In this document: one piece after another, positions 13,570 through 24,473 of the stretch
How positions within the stretch are numbered: the stretch's first letter is position 1
Layout: each line of letters begins with the position of its first letter
Source of the DNA: Eledone cirrhosa
Lineage: Eukaryota
DNA: 64,000 bases
Direction: 5' to 3'
NCBI GenBank assembly: GCA_964016885.1
Contig: OZ024751.1
Coordinates: 50,096,001-50,160,000, forward strand
Notes under the pieces: model-generated
What the model was told of the DNA's origin: nothing
Databases searched by the model: none
Seen by the model: only the letters and a program-made list of their open reading frames with translations
Program-made: the position numbers and the translations under genes

Positions 13570-13885
13570 AATCGAGAACAAAAAGAACCGTTACTTAGTA
13601 TATTTCTTTATGAATGTAATATAATATAACAACGCTGTATGTTAAAGTTTATGTATCATTCATATAAATAGGTGTTCTACAACTTATTCACAACATATTC
13701 ACAGTTCAAACACTTATGTTTTTGTTTCTGAATCGAAAACGTTACTTGTATATTTCTTTATAAATGTAATATAACAACGTTTCATTTATATGTTAAAGTG
13801 TATGTATCGTTCATATATCATAAGTGTATGTATCGTTCATATAAATAGGTGTTTTACAACACACTTACAGTTCAAACACTTATGT
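13570..13885. repeat. ~160-bp imperfect direct duplication in the putative 5' region of the RLE element
   Basis: AATCGARAAC...GTATATTTCTTTAT...ACAGTTCAAACACTTATG occurs twice. Confidence 0.8.
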
Positions 13886-14230
13886 AGAATTATTGTATGT
13901 AATCTTACCGCGTCATGTAGCTCAACTTTTTCCAATATATGGTATGTTGCCTTCATGTAAGCCGTAATTACACACGTCCGATTATCGGACACTGACCACA
14001 ACGGTCGCCATTATGTAAGTATACATACATACGTATGTAAGTACGTATGTATGTATGCATTTATATATGTATATACGTATGTATGTATATACGTATGCAT
14101 ATATGTATATATATGTATGTATGCATTTATGTATGTATATACGTATTTATGTATGTGTATACGTATGTATGTATGCATATATGTATGTATGTGTGCAATT
14201 ATGTATGTAGGTATGTATGTATGTATGTAT

Positions 14231-14780
14231 GTTGCCAGTTTAGTCGCCAACGACCCGACCATGAGGTTTCTTGGTGAGGCGGGTGAGTTTGGACATCCTG
14301 CAGGACTAAAAACAAAACCTGTCAAAGGTCAAAGGAGCTCTTAAGAGTCAATGGCCATCCAAAATCACCGGGAGAGATGACCCCTTAGCCTTTGTCAAGG
14401 CAGAATTCTAGGAGAAGGAAAACTCTGATATAACACCTGCAACTCTGATGGTATCCAATGATGTTGACATGTTCTTCTTTTTGGTAAATATCATCTTGGT
14501 TAAGAGAGTGGGACTGGCTTTGTGCAGTGCCTTTGCTCACTATAAAAGCTTCACGGCACAGGCATTGCTTTATATCTGGAGATCTCTCTGCACTTGTCGT
14601 CACATGGTACCATGGGCCCAGCACTATGTGTCAATAATTGTCACAAGTGTAGTGTTTGTACCAGAGTTTTCAAGTCGCTGGCTGGACTAAAAAGTCACAC
14701 TCGTTCAGCGCATCGGTAGGAGTTCTCCTACATGGATATAAAGTAGTGGCCGTACTCGAAAACGAGTTAGCAGCCACCAT
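14231..14780 (+). mobile_element. RTE-derived non-autonomous element with a short 5' inversion
   Basis: Matches 8870-9386; 14231-14263 is the reverse complement of 8830-8862. Confidence 0.8.
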
Positions 14781-14864
14781 GTATGTACGTATTTACGTAT
14801 GTACGTATGTATGTATGTATGAATGTATGTATACAAACATTATGTATGCATATGTGTGGGCTGG

Positions 14865-15090
14865 AGTTTAGTGGGTTGAACTCTCAATATTCAGGCCGTT
14901 AATTGGATTTGGAGTGAAGCATATTGTCCTTGAGCAACACACTTTATTTCACGTTGCTGCAGTGGATTCAACTGGCAAAAATAATTTGTAACTCTAATTC
15001 AATGGATCAGTCTTATCATATTATGTGTCGGGTTTAATCTTCTTGAGAGCTACGCTACGAGTACACGTGTCTGTAAAATATCCCGGGTTT
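14865..15090 (+). mobile_element. Degenerate SINE family 2 (CORE-like)
   Basis: GTCCTTGAGCAACACACTTTATTTCACGTTGCTGCAG and downstream body. Confidence 0.6.
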
Positions 15091-15336
15091 TTACAAATGC
15101 TAAAAAATCTTGGCTGCTCTTTCTAGCAGCTACACTTCGCCATTTGTTTGATTGCTACTGTTTTTTTTTTTTGTTTTTTGTTTTTTTGCTTTTTTAGCTT
15201 AGAGCATCGGACAAAATGATTTCCGGAGTTCTACGTCCTCTCATCACCACCACTATCATCATTATCATAATCATCATCATCATCATCATCATTATCACAA
15301 CCACCACCACCACCACCACGACAATCACCACTACAA

Positions 15337-15371
<35 letters not shown>

Positions 15372-15492
15372 CCATCACCATCATTATCATCATCATGAGC
15401 ATCGGACAAAATGATTTCCAAATCTTTAAGTTCTGAGTTCAAATCCTGTTGAGGTCAATTTTGGTTTTGGGTCTTCTGGAGAGAATAAGATA

Positions 15493-15935
15493 TGATGATT
15501 TCTAGTATAGGCACAAGGCCAGACATTTTGGGGGAGGCGAAAATCGATTAAATCGACACCAGTACGTTACTGGTACTTTATTTTATCGACCCCGTAAGGA
15601 AGAAAGGCAAAGTTAACCCCGGCTGACCGTAAAGGAACGTAACTCTATGCTGCAAAGCATGTTGTCCGACTCTCTACCGATACTGCCAATCCACCACAAT
15701 AAAATATAATTGTTTCTACTTTAGGCACAAGGCCAGCAATTACCCCAGTGCATTACTGGTACTTTATTTTATCGACCCCGTAAGGACGAAAGGCAAAGTC
15801 AACCTCGGCGGGATTTGAACTCAGATCGTAAAGGGACGTAACTTACCAGTCAAATATTGGGGTCGATTTAATCGACTTCCTAACCCCTTCCTCCGCCACA
15901 AATTGCTAGCCTTGTGCTTAAATTAGAAATAATTA
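15493..15935 (-). mobile_element. Cluster of SINE family 1 copies (15493-15696 -, 15707-15843 -, 15844-15935 +)
   Basis: Same consensus as 7280-7468. Confidence 0.85.
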
Positions 15936-16129
15936 TTTGTTTAATGCAAGTGTTTTTATGATTAACGATCTCTGCCACCATTAGTCGCACTGTCACCATG
16001 GGCAACAGAGATCATGATGGCGGGAAAGGCGCCATCTTTGTAGCTGCTACTGATGCTGCCATCAATTTCCTCAGCAGGGGAATACAGAGTCGTTCATTAG
16101 TTATTCATTATGTCAGCGGTAAGACAAGC

Positions 16130-16156
16130 ACATCATCATCATCACCATCATTATCG

Positions 16157-16187
<31 letters not shown>

Positions 16188-16615
16188 CATCATCATCATT
16201 ATCGTTTTCATCAGCTTCAGCAGCATCACGGCCATCATTATCATTCCGGCCATCGTCACCAGCCCCATCACCATCATTATCATCATCATTATCATGTTTA
16301 TCATTATCATCCTCATCACCATCACCATCATCACCCTCATCACCACCACCACCACCACCATCATCATCACCCTCATCAGCACCACCATCACCACCATCAT
16401 CACCACCACCATCACCACCACCATCACCATCATCATCACCCTCACCCTCCTCCTCATCATCATCATCTCCCTCATCACCACCTCCACCACCATCATCACC
16501 CTCATCATCACCACCACCAGCACCACCACCATCATCACCCTCATCACCACCACCAACACCACCACCATCATCACCCTCACCACCACCACCACCACCACCA
16601 CCACCACCACCATCC
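16130..16615. repeat. (CAT/CAC)n trinucleotide array
   Basis: Read directly. Confidence 0.95.
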
Positions 16616-16878
16616 CCAGCAGTAGCAGTATCATATTCACCAGTTTCACAATGTGAAGTAGAGAAATTAAAACACAGCTTAGGAAGAAGTGGAGAGCGTT
16701 GCCATCGACTTCAGCTTTCCAGGTTGTCCACACATCAGGTGCCCATCGTTGCTTAGAGACGGCAACATACTCACTTTACACGAAATTGATGAAATTACTT
16801 CAAAATTAAATAAGCAAATATCTGTGGATCTCCAGTGAAATTAGAAAGTAATAAAATACACGCACACACTATCTCTCG

Positions 16879-16998
<120 letters not shown>

Positions 16999-17014
16999 TA
17001 TATATATACACATA

Positions 17015-17112
<98 letters not shown>

Positions 17113-17154
17113 TATATATATATATACACACATATACATATATATATACACATA

Positions 17155-17205
<51 letters not shown>

Positions 17206-17258
17206 TTATATACATATGTTTAGAAATGATTGTAGCAAGAAGCCAACAGTATTCCATA

Positions 17259-17323
<65 letters not shown>

Positions 17324-17425
17324 CGTGTATGAATATATGTATGTCATGTTTATATATATATGTATATATATATATATATGTGTGTGTGTATGTGTGTGTG
17401 TGCGCGCGCGCGTGTGTGTGTGTGT

Positions 17426-17476
<51 letters not shown>

Positions 17477-17690
17477 TTCTTTATTTACCATAAAGGCATA
17501 AAAAGAAGGGACAAATACAAAGGGGGAGTTTACATATAATCGAGTAAAAAGGGTGTAACATGAAAATAATCGAAAATAACCTCAAAAGGGAGGGGACGTG
17601 ATGGGGGTTGCACACACCCCCGAAAAAGTGTGCAATCCTTTGCCCGGGGAGCACATGGAGAAGGTGCTCCCCTCTCCTTTACTTCTTTAC

Positions 17691-20600
17691 CTACAGGATG
17701 GTATACAGAGAAGGCCCATTTACACGAGCCATTCTCGCCACTATCACCCACCTTTCATAAAACTGCCTGTGGCCAAGCACCTCTCTCTCCATTCTTATCC
17801 TTCTTCCGAAGTGATATCGGAAGAAGTAGACCAGACTATGGCCAGAGAGGAAGTTGCCTGACCTCAGACCTTTCAATCGTGTCCACCAAACAACCTCTTT
17901 CAACATGGCTATTACGCACAGAAAAACCGCCTTTGCTTCCTTTGTGAAGAGGGGAGGCGGTTTGATTGTCATCACGGACTCGGCGGTCAATTTAATCGGC
18001 GCCACCCGCGACAGCAGTTGTTCGGCGTAGCCCCACAGATCAGCCACGCCAGGACATTGCACCAATGCGTGCGCCACGGTTTCTTCGTGACGCACGCATC
18101 TAGGGCAAATCTTTTTTGAGGGATCCCTGCCCGGGCGCCCGTGTCTGTAGAGCCTCTCTCGAACGGGTAGAGCCCCTCGGTAGCACTGCCAGGCCAGTGA
18201 CTTCTGGAAGTTGTCCATTGGTCCTGGGCCGAAAGTCCTACCGAACAGGCTGGCCAGTTCGTCTTCTTCCATGTCCAGCGACTCTCCAAGGGTGTCATCG
18301 CCCCTGCTAGCCACCAACCCTCTATAGAATGATGAGGTGGATTCTCCACCGATGGCCCGGCCCGCTTGCCAGAGAGCCCTGAGCGCCTGAGCACACTCAG
18401 TGTGCCAGTCTCCCAGTTTTCCGGATCTTTGCTTGACCCAGGACTGTAGCTCGGTGAGTGAGACGAGTCTCGGAAAGGCTCGTTTCACGAACGGAGCCCA
18501 CACCGGTTGACCAGTGAGGAATACCTGTAGGTGCCGTAGCCTTAATGCGTGCCTACGCATCATCAACCACGGCATCCCCAGCCCTCCTTTCGAAGGTTGT
18601 TGGCAGCAGATGGATCTTCTCACCATAGGAGGACGCTTCTTCCAAAGAAATTGGAAGAGCATGCGTTCCATGGTGGTGAGTGTTTCCTTAGGGCAAGGCA
18701 CGACAGTCAGGCGGTAGTAAGTGACGGACGCTATGTAAATGTTCGCCACCTCCGCCCGGCCTTTTAGGGACAGCTTACACTTGGCCCATTTCTGGGTTAG
18801 TGCAAACACCTTGTTCGTAACCTCGTTCCAGTTCTTTTCCACCTGGAGGTCCGGTCCAAACCAGACCCCAAGCAACTTTACCGGGCCCTCCGTCCAGTGT
18901 CCGACGACACCGTCAGGAGGCATCGGTTTGCCTCTCCACGTTCCGAGTTGCAGCCCGATGGATTTTTCCCGGTTCAGTTTCGCTCCTGACAACCTTTCGT
19001 ACTCCTCCAGTAAGGTACCGATCGCCTCGATCTCCGAGTCGGTTGATACCATTACTGTTACGTCATCGGCGTAGGCCGACACCGCTTTGCTCAATCCTGG
19101 TTCCAGGGGGATACCCTGCAACAACTCCAACTTCCTCAGTAAAGGCTCGAGAGTCAATACGTACAGAAGGGAGGAGAGAGGGCACCCCTGTCGAATGGAT
19201 CGTGTGATTTCGAACGGCTTCGAAAGGTAGCCGTTCACCTTGATCCTAGAACAGATGTGGTTGCTATGTAGGGCAGTGATCCAGCCTCTGAAAACAGGAC
19301 CGAACCCAGCCGCCGCTAGCACCGCATCCAGGTAACCATGGTCGACCCTATCGAAGGCCTTAGACTGATCCAAGTTGATCAGGGCCCCACCGAAGCCGGG
19401 TTTGTTGCCAACCCTCTCTATGATGTATCGCATGAGGTGGAGGTTATCGTGAATGGACCTGGATGGGATAGCACATGTCTGCGCATCTCCCACCAGGCCA
19501 CCCACGACAAGCGCCAACCTCTTTGCTAACACCTTGGCCAAAATCTTTAACTCTGTGTTTAGCAGAGTTATGGGCCGAAAATTATTTATACTATCCCCCT
19601 TTTTCTCGTCCTTCCTCACCAGCGTGACTACGCCCTTGGCTACAGAACAAGGAATTCTCCCGTTCTGCTGCCAATTGCAGTAGACCGCTTCGAGGAGTTC
19701 GGAGAAGAAGACCGGCATTGCTAAATAAAGTTCGTAAGGTATACCATCGAGACCTGGAGATTTGCGTCTGCTGCATTCGCTCAGCGCATCTCCGATCTCA
19801 TCAGCCGAGATTGGTCCCTCGCAGGACTCTGCCTCTTTGTTCGAGAGACGCGGCAGGCCGTCGAGGTATGGACCGAAATCCACGCCCCGGCCCGGACCCT
19901 CGCCTCCCCCGAACAATCGGGCAAAGTGCTTTTGAAAGGCCTCGCACATCTGCTTAGGCTCCCGGATCACTCGTCCATCTTCGTCTTGCAACGACCGGAT
20001 GGTGGATCGATTTCCACTTTTAGCTTCTGTCACGCGGGCCCATCCAACGGCTTTGGCCCCCTCATTACCTAGAGCACGTATTTTACTTCGAATGACGCAG
20101 CCTTCATGCTTTGCATCGAAAAACTGGTTCAAGGCCGTCCTCGATGCCAGCACTCTGGCCACATCTTCGCTCTTGATTGCCTCTTCTAATTTACCTGTTA
20201 ATTCTTTCTCGTTTCTATTCCTATTGGCAGCTAACATCTTGCTATAACTTATTGATTCTGTTCTAATCTCTCTTTTGAGAGATGCCCACCATCGGTTGTT
20301 GACGATTGCACCCGTCAACCTCTCCTTAACTAATCTGCTAATCCGGTTTCTGTAAGTCTCTTTTGCCGGTAAAGACAAATTAAGTTTCCAGTAACCGGGA
20401 CCCTGTCTATGTGTTTTCTCGAGATTGACCACGCAGGTCACTAATTTGTGATCCGTGTAGCCAACCGTGCGCATTTCTGGACAGCTTAATATGTCCCTAT
20501 CCTTACTTCTAACTAAGAATCTATCTAAGTACGATCTAGATTGACCACTGTGGTTTCTCCAAGTCCAGGTAGGCACAGTTGGAAAATCTAGTCGATATCT

Positions 20601-21128
20601 ATCGACCAAGTTAAAACGGTCGAGTAACCCCTTGAGGCTGTTACACCCCCCTCTATTAGGACATGCTCCTGCATAGTCCCAACGTGCATCTAGGATGTCA
20701 TTCCAATCCCCCGCTAGAAGCAGGGAACGCGACGTTCCCAGAAAAGTCTCCAAACGCTGGAAGAAGTCGGGCCGTTCAGCTCCGAAAGGGGAGTAGACGG
20801 CGACCAGTCTCAAGGCCGCACTTTCACTACTGCCAACGTCTAGCACCAACAAACGACCCTCCGGGTCCGAGTGCACAACCTGTACGGCAAGACCCAGGTG
20901 TTTTTGCAGCAGCACGACAACCCCACCCCCACCTCCAGGTTGACAGAGAGATGCATGCACCTCAAAGTCATCGAAGGTGGGGGCCAGCTGCCGCATGACG
21001 CTGATTCGAGTCTCACAGATAACCATTACATTTATACTACATGACCTGAGGTCATTTAGAAGCTTTGCTTGCTTCCAAGTTGAGCCCAGGCCACGTGCAT
21101 TCAAACATCCTACTCTTAACACATCCAT
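17691..21128 (-). CDS. LINE ORF2p: APE endonuclease, reverse transcriptase, C-terminal CCHC (1145 aa)
   Basis: CLNARGL, CET, AGDWN, LDRF, TDH; KSPGLDG, FRPITLLN, LDQSKAFD, RQGCPLS, YADD; CPRC...ETVAHALVQC. Confidence 0.97.
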   Translation of the reverse strand: MDVLRVGCLNARGLGSTWKQAKLLNDLRSCSINVMVICETRISVMRQLAPTFDDFEVHASLCQPGGGGGVVVLLQKHLGLAVQVVHSDPEGRLLVLDVGSSESAALRLVAVYSPFGAERPDFFQRLETFLGTSRSLLLAGDWNDILDARWDYAGACPNRGGCNSLKGLLDRFNLVDRYRLDFPTVPTWTWRNHSGQSRSYLDRFLVRSKDRDILSCPEMRTVGYTDHKLVTCVVNLEKTHRQGPGYWKLNLSLPAKETYRNRISRLVKERLTGAIVNNRWWASLKREIRTESISYSKMLAANRNRNEKELTGKLEEAIKSEDVARVLASRTALNQFFDAKHEGCVIRSKIRALGNEGAKAVGWARVTEAKSGNRSTIRSLQDEDGRVIREPKQMCEAFQKHFARLFGGGEGPGRGVDFGPYLDGLPRLSNKEAESCEGPISADEIGDALSECSRRKSPGLDGIPYELYLAMPVFFSELLEAVYCNWQQNGRIPCSVAKGVVTLVRKDEKKGDSINNFRPITLLNTELKILAKVLAKRLALVVGGLVGDAQTCAIPSRSIHDNLHLMRYIIERVGNKPGFGGALINLDQSKAFDRVDHGYLDAVLAAAGFGPVFRGWITALHSNHICSRIKVNGYLSKPFEITRSIRQGCPLSSLLYVLTLEPLLRKLELLQGIPLEPGLSKAVSAYADDVTVMVSTDSEIEAIGTLLEEYERLSGAKLNREKSIGLQLGTWRGKPMPPDGVVGHWTEGPVKLLGVWFGPDLQVEKNWNEVTNKVFALTQKWAKCKLSLKGRAEVANIYIASVTYYRLTVVPCPKETLTTMERMLFQFLWKKRPPMVRRSICCQQPSKGGLGMPWLMMRRHALRLRHLQVFLTGQPVWAPFVKRAFPRLVSLTELQSWVKQRSGKLGDWHTECAQALRALWQAGRAIGGESTSSFYRGLVASRGDDTLGESLDMEEDELASLFGRTFGPGPMDNFQKSLAWQCYRGALPVRERLYRHGRPGRDPSKKICPRCVRHEETVAHALVQCPGVADLWGYAEQLLSRVAPIKLTAESVMTIKPPPLFTKEAKAVFLCVIAMLKEVVWWTRLKGLRSGNFLSGHSLVYFFRYHFGRRIRMEREVLGHRQFYERWVIVARMARVNGPSLYTIL

Positions 21129-21161
21129 GTGGGCGGCAGAGCCAAAGGAGAGTGTAGAGAC

Positions 21162-23039
21162 CTACCTTTCCGCTTCCCGGGGTTCGGGTTGCACGACTTC
21201 CATGGGGTCGGGGGTGTTGGGTGAAGGGGTGTCTTGTGGTGGTGTGGGGTCGTCGGTGTGTGGTGGGGTTGGGGTGTTTGGAGTTGTGTTGGGGAGGGGA
21301 AGGGGAGGGGGAAAGCTTTTTAGTAGGACGCGGTTTATGGGTTTGACAGAGGGTGGTCCTACGTCCTCCTTAAAATCCTTTTTTAGTTTTTGGTAGAGGT
21401 TCATTGGGATTTTTATTAGTTTTAAATGTGGGTGGTTTTCTGATGAAACAAAGTTTACACCTTCGGTTTGTACCGAAGGATTATTGTATATGAGTTCATT
21501 TAATTTATTATTGTTTCTGTTGATGTAAGTATAGTGTAATGTCTTTTTTTCCGATGGTGTGAGTGTTTCGAAGAGGGGAGGGGCAGGTTTGGTTTTGTTT
21601 GTTGCTGGAGGGGTGTTTTCTGTTTTGTTAGATTGTGTTGCGATTTGGGTGGGGGTTGTTTGTCCTTGTGTGTTTTGCACATGTTTTCTTTTTTTCCTTT
21701 TAATCTGTCTGAAGGACTCCGTTTCTTCCTCCGAATTCGTTGGGTTATCTTCAGTGTTGGAGGGAAGAGGTATGTTTGCTGGTAATGTTTCCGTGTTGGT
21801 TTTCTTTGTGGGGGAGATGGATGTCACTATGTTAGACTGTGTTGTGTGTTGTGTCTGCGGTGGTTGTGTTGTTTTATTGAGTGAGAGGTTGGGTGGGCCT
21901 GTATTTTGTTTTGGGGTAATGTGTTGTGACTGTTTGTGTTGTGGTGGTGTTGTGGTGTTACTGAGGGACGGGTTGGGTGGGACTGAGTTTTGTTGTTTGT
22001 TTATCTGTTGTGGTGGTGGTGGTGGAGCTGGTGTTGGTAGCAGGGTTTTCTTTTTGTTGAGTTGGGGACAAGCGGCCTTCAGGTGCCCTCTGCCTGCACA
22101 GATATGGCAGGACGGCCTTCTCCCTTCCACGCTAATGTTTATATACCCGTGGTCCTCTAATAGGATTCTGTTGGGTATTTGGGCGATGCGTTCAGGCTTC
22201 ATTTGTACTACCAGCTCTATACCTGTTCCACTGAACGCATTGCCTGTGGTTTTCCCAATGGAAATCACGTTGTCATTCACTGGATCGATGAAGCCAGCTA
22301 TGAGCCAGCAGTAGTCCACATCTGGCATCATTGCATCCAGCCATATGCGTTGAGTTTTTTTTCCCATATAAGATGGATAAAAGGTGAAATTTTTCGAACG
22401 AATCGGTGACAAAGCACATTTTTTTGCCGCCGATTCGTTCTTCATGATAATTGCTAGGCTTCCATACAGTCTGTCTTTTCTTATGAAAGTTGTTTCATTC
22501 AGTACTTCTGCGAGTACTGTTTTGATATCTGCTTGAGAAGGCTGTTCAGGTTTTTTTGTACTGTTGTTGATGGTCCGAAACTTGACCGTTCGGCTTTCAA
22601 TGTCTTTCGTGAATTCTTGAGGCATTTTTACCAATAAAATACCATTCTCACCTTCACTTATGTATTGTTTTGCGTCCGTGATCCTTCGTACCACATCTGA
22701 AATGTTTTCCGCTATATAAGTCAAAGATTTCTTTGTTTTCTGTGCAAATGAAATCTTGTCGTCTGCTTTGTTTTCTGATATGATGTTATTTTCAACTGTT
22801 ATTTTTTTGTTTGTTGTGTCTTTGTTTGTGTTATTAGTATTGTCATGCAATTTTTCAAATTTTTTTTTTTCGTTGTTTTCGTCATTTAATTTTTTCTCCG
22901 CAGATTCGTCCGTTTTTATTTTCATTTTTCCTTCCTTCTCTATGACGTTAGTTGGGAAGGAAGGGAGGACTAAAGCGTGCGAGCTTACAACTCTTACCGC
23001 TGTCCCCCCACCACTATTTTCGTTCGCTGCGTTTAACAT
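21162..23039 (-). CDS. LINE ORF1p with gag-like CX2CX4HX4C knuckle (625 aa)
   Basis: CHICAGRGHLKAAC; lies upstream of ORF2; Pro/Thr/Gln-rich C-terminal half; homologous to 45702-46427. Confidence 0.9.
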   Translation of the reverse strand: MLNAANENSGGGTAVRVVSSHALVLPSFPTNVIEKEGKMKIKTDESAEKKLNDENNEKKKFEKLHDNTNNTNKDTTNKKITVENNIISENKADDKISFAQKTKKSLTYIAENISDVVRRITDAKQYISEGENGILLVKMPQEFTKDIESRTVKFRTINNSTKKPEQPSQADIKTVLAEVLNETTFIRKDRLYGSLAIIMKNESAAKKCALSPIRSKNFTFYPSYMGKKTQRIWLDAMMPDVDYCWLIAGFIDPVNDNVISIGKTTGNAFSGTGIELVVQMKPERIAQIPNRILLEDHGYINISVEGRRPSCHICAGRGHLKAACPQLNKKKTLLPTPAPPPPPQQINKQQNSVPPNPSLSNTTTPPQHKQSQHITPKQNTGPPNLSLNKTTQPPQTQHTTQSNIVTSISPTKKTNTETLPANIPLPSNTEDNPTNSEEETESFRQIKRKKRKHVQNTQGQTTPTQIATQSNKTENTPPATNKTKPAPPLFETLTPSEKKTLHYTYINRNNNKLNELIYNNPSVQTEGVNFVSSENHPHLKLIKIPMNLYQKLKKDFKEDVGPPSVKPINRVLLKSFPPPLPLPNTTPNTPTPPHTDDPTPPQDTPSPNTPDPMEVVQPEPREAER

Positions 23040-23642
23040 TTCTGTTAGACGATTGAAATTTTTTACACAAAATTTTTTTTAAAACAGGTTTTTCACCTCT
23101 AGGAGGGGTAAAGATGAGCTGACCCACCGCCTGACAGTTCAGACGGAGGGTCAAGCTACACAATTGTATCAAAATTAAGTTTGAACTCACAAAATTTCCT
23201 CAATAAATTTGAACAAAACTTCTGTGCGAAGTGAATGACATCCACACTGTAGAACAGACGACAGCTAGATTGTTAGATAGATAGATAGATAGATACATAG
23301 ATAGATAGATAGAGCATTTTACAGAGGTTAGGCAATTAGGTTTACGATGGTAATGTAGTGAGTTTGATTTCTCCCGGGTACGGAAGAAATATATATATAT
23401 GCAATACATAAACGGAAACAACAAAGCAAATAACACATTACAATCAAGTAATATATTAATTTAACTCTTTATAAAGTAGGAAATATGTATTAACGTTTCA
23501 GAGGCTAGTCGTTCTTCAGAAGGTAGACTAAGAAAAAAGAGAAGCTATACAAAGATAGAGGATAGGGAGAAATGGAAGGAACAGATTTTTTTGTTTAGAG
23601 AGAATAATAGCACGTGATTGTTCAAGCAGTATCATATATAAA

Positions 23643-23646
23643 ATGA

Positions 23647-23680
<34 letters not shown>

Positions 23681-24080
23681 GGTGGTGGTGGTGGTGGTGG
23701 TGGTGGTGGTGGTGGTGGTGGTGGTGGTGGTGGTGATGGCGGTGGTGGTGGTGATGATGACTGTGGTGGTGGTGATGATGGTGCTGGTGGTGGTTGTGGT
23801 GGTGGTGATGATGATGATGATGATGATGTTGATGATGGTGGTGGTGGTGGTGGTTGTGGTGGTGGTGATGATGATGCTGGTGATGATAAATGGTGAGGAT
23901 GATGATGGTCGTGATGGTGGTGATGGTGGTGGTGGTAATGATGATGATGATGATGCTGACGATGATGACGATGATGGAGGTGGTGGTGGTGGTGGTTGTG
24001 ATAAAGATGAATATGATGATGATGATGATGATATAGGTGGTGTTGGTGGTTGTAGTAGTGGTGATGATGATGATGATGAT
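23643..24080. repeat. (GGT/GAT)n trinucleotide array
   Basis: Read directly. Confidence 0.95.
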
Positions 24081-24387
24081 GAGACGGCGAAGGGGAAATA
24101 TATTTCTAACAACCGGTCCATAATGAATATACCATGGCACACATTATATCAACTCTCCCCTCTACACACACCATTACTGCTTTTGTCTCTACCTCTACAT
24201 GGAGAGTACCATTAACACGGCATTTATCGCAACATTATGGTCGTTCTATGTGAACGGAATCTTTTCAAACAAGGGACCATAATCGAATAAAATCTATTGA
24301 TTTCGATGAGAAATTCATGTTTAACGAATGTTGATTATCAAATTGAATTACAACCACAGAATAGCATGGTTACTGTACTATTTTATG

Positions 24388-24473
<86 letters not shown>

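Larger units (their letters stand above)
10447..14011 (-). mobile_element. RLE-type non-LTR retrotransposon (R4/Dong-like), frameshifted; 5' boundary uncertain
   Basis: One ORF broken into 12569-13399, 11932-12498, 11198-11971 and 10527-11201; both ends lie in (CATA)n/(TATG)n. Confidence 0.85.
17477..23273 (-). mobile_element. Full-length, intact L1/Tx1-clade LINE inserted in (GATA)n
   Basis: ~230-nt 5'UTR, ORF1, ORF2, and a 3'UTR ending AATAAAGAA with no poly(A); (GATA)n on both sides (17426-17476, 23274-23312). Confidence 0.95.

Noticed and set aside
21559-22314. 251-aa antisense ORF within LINE ORF1
   Set aside because: Explained by the C/A-rich sense-strand composition; no motifs.
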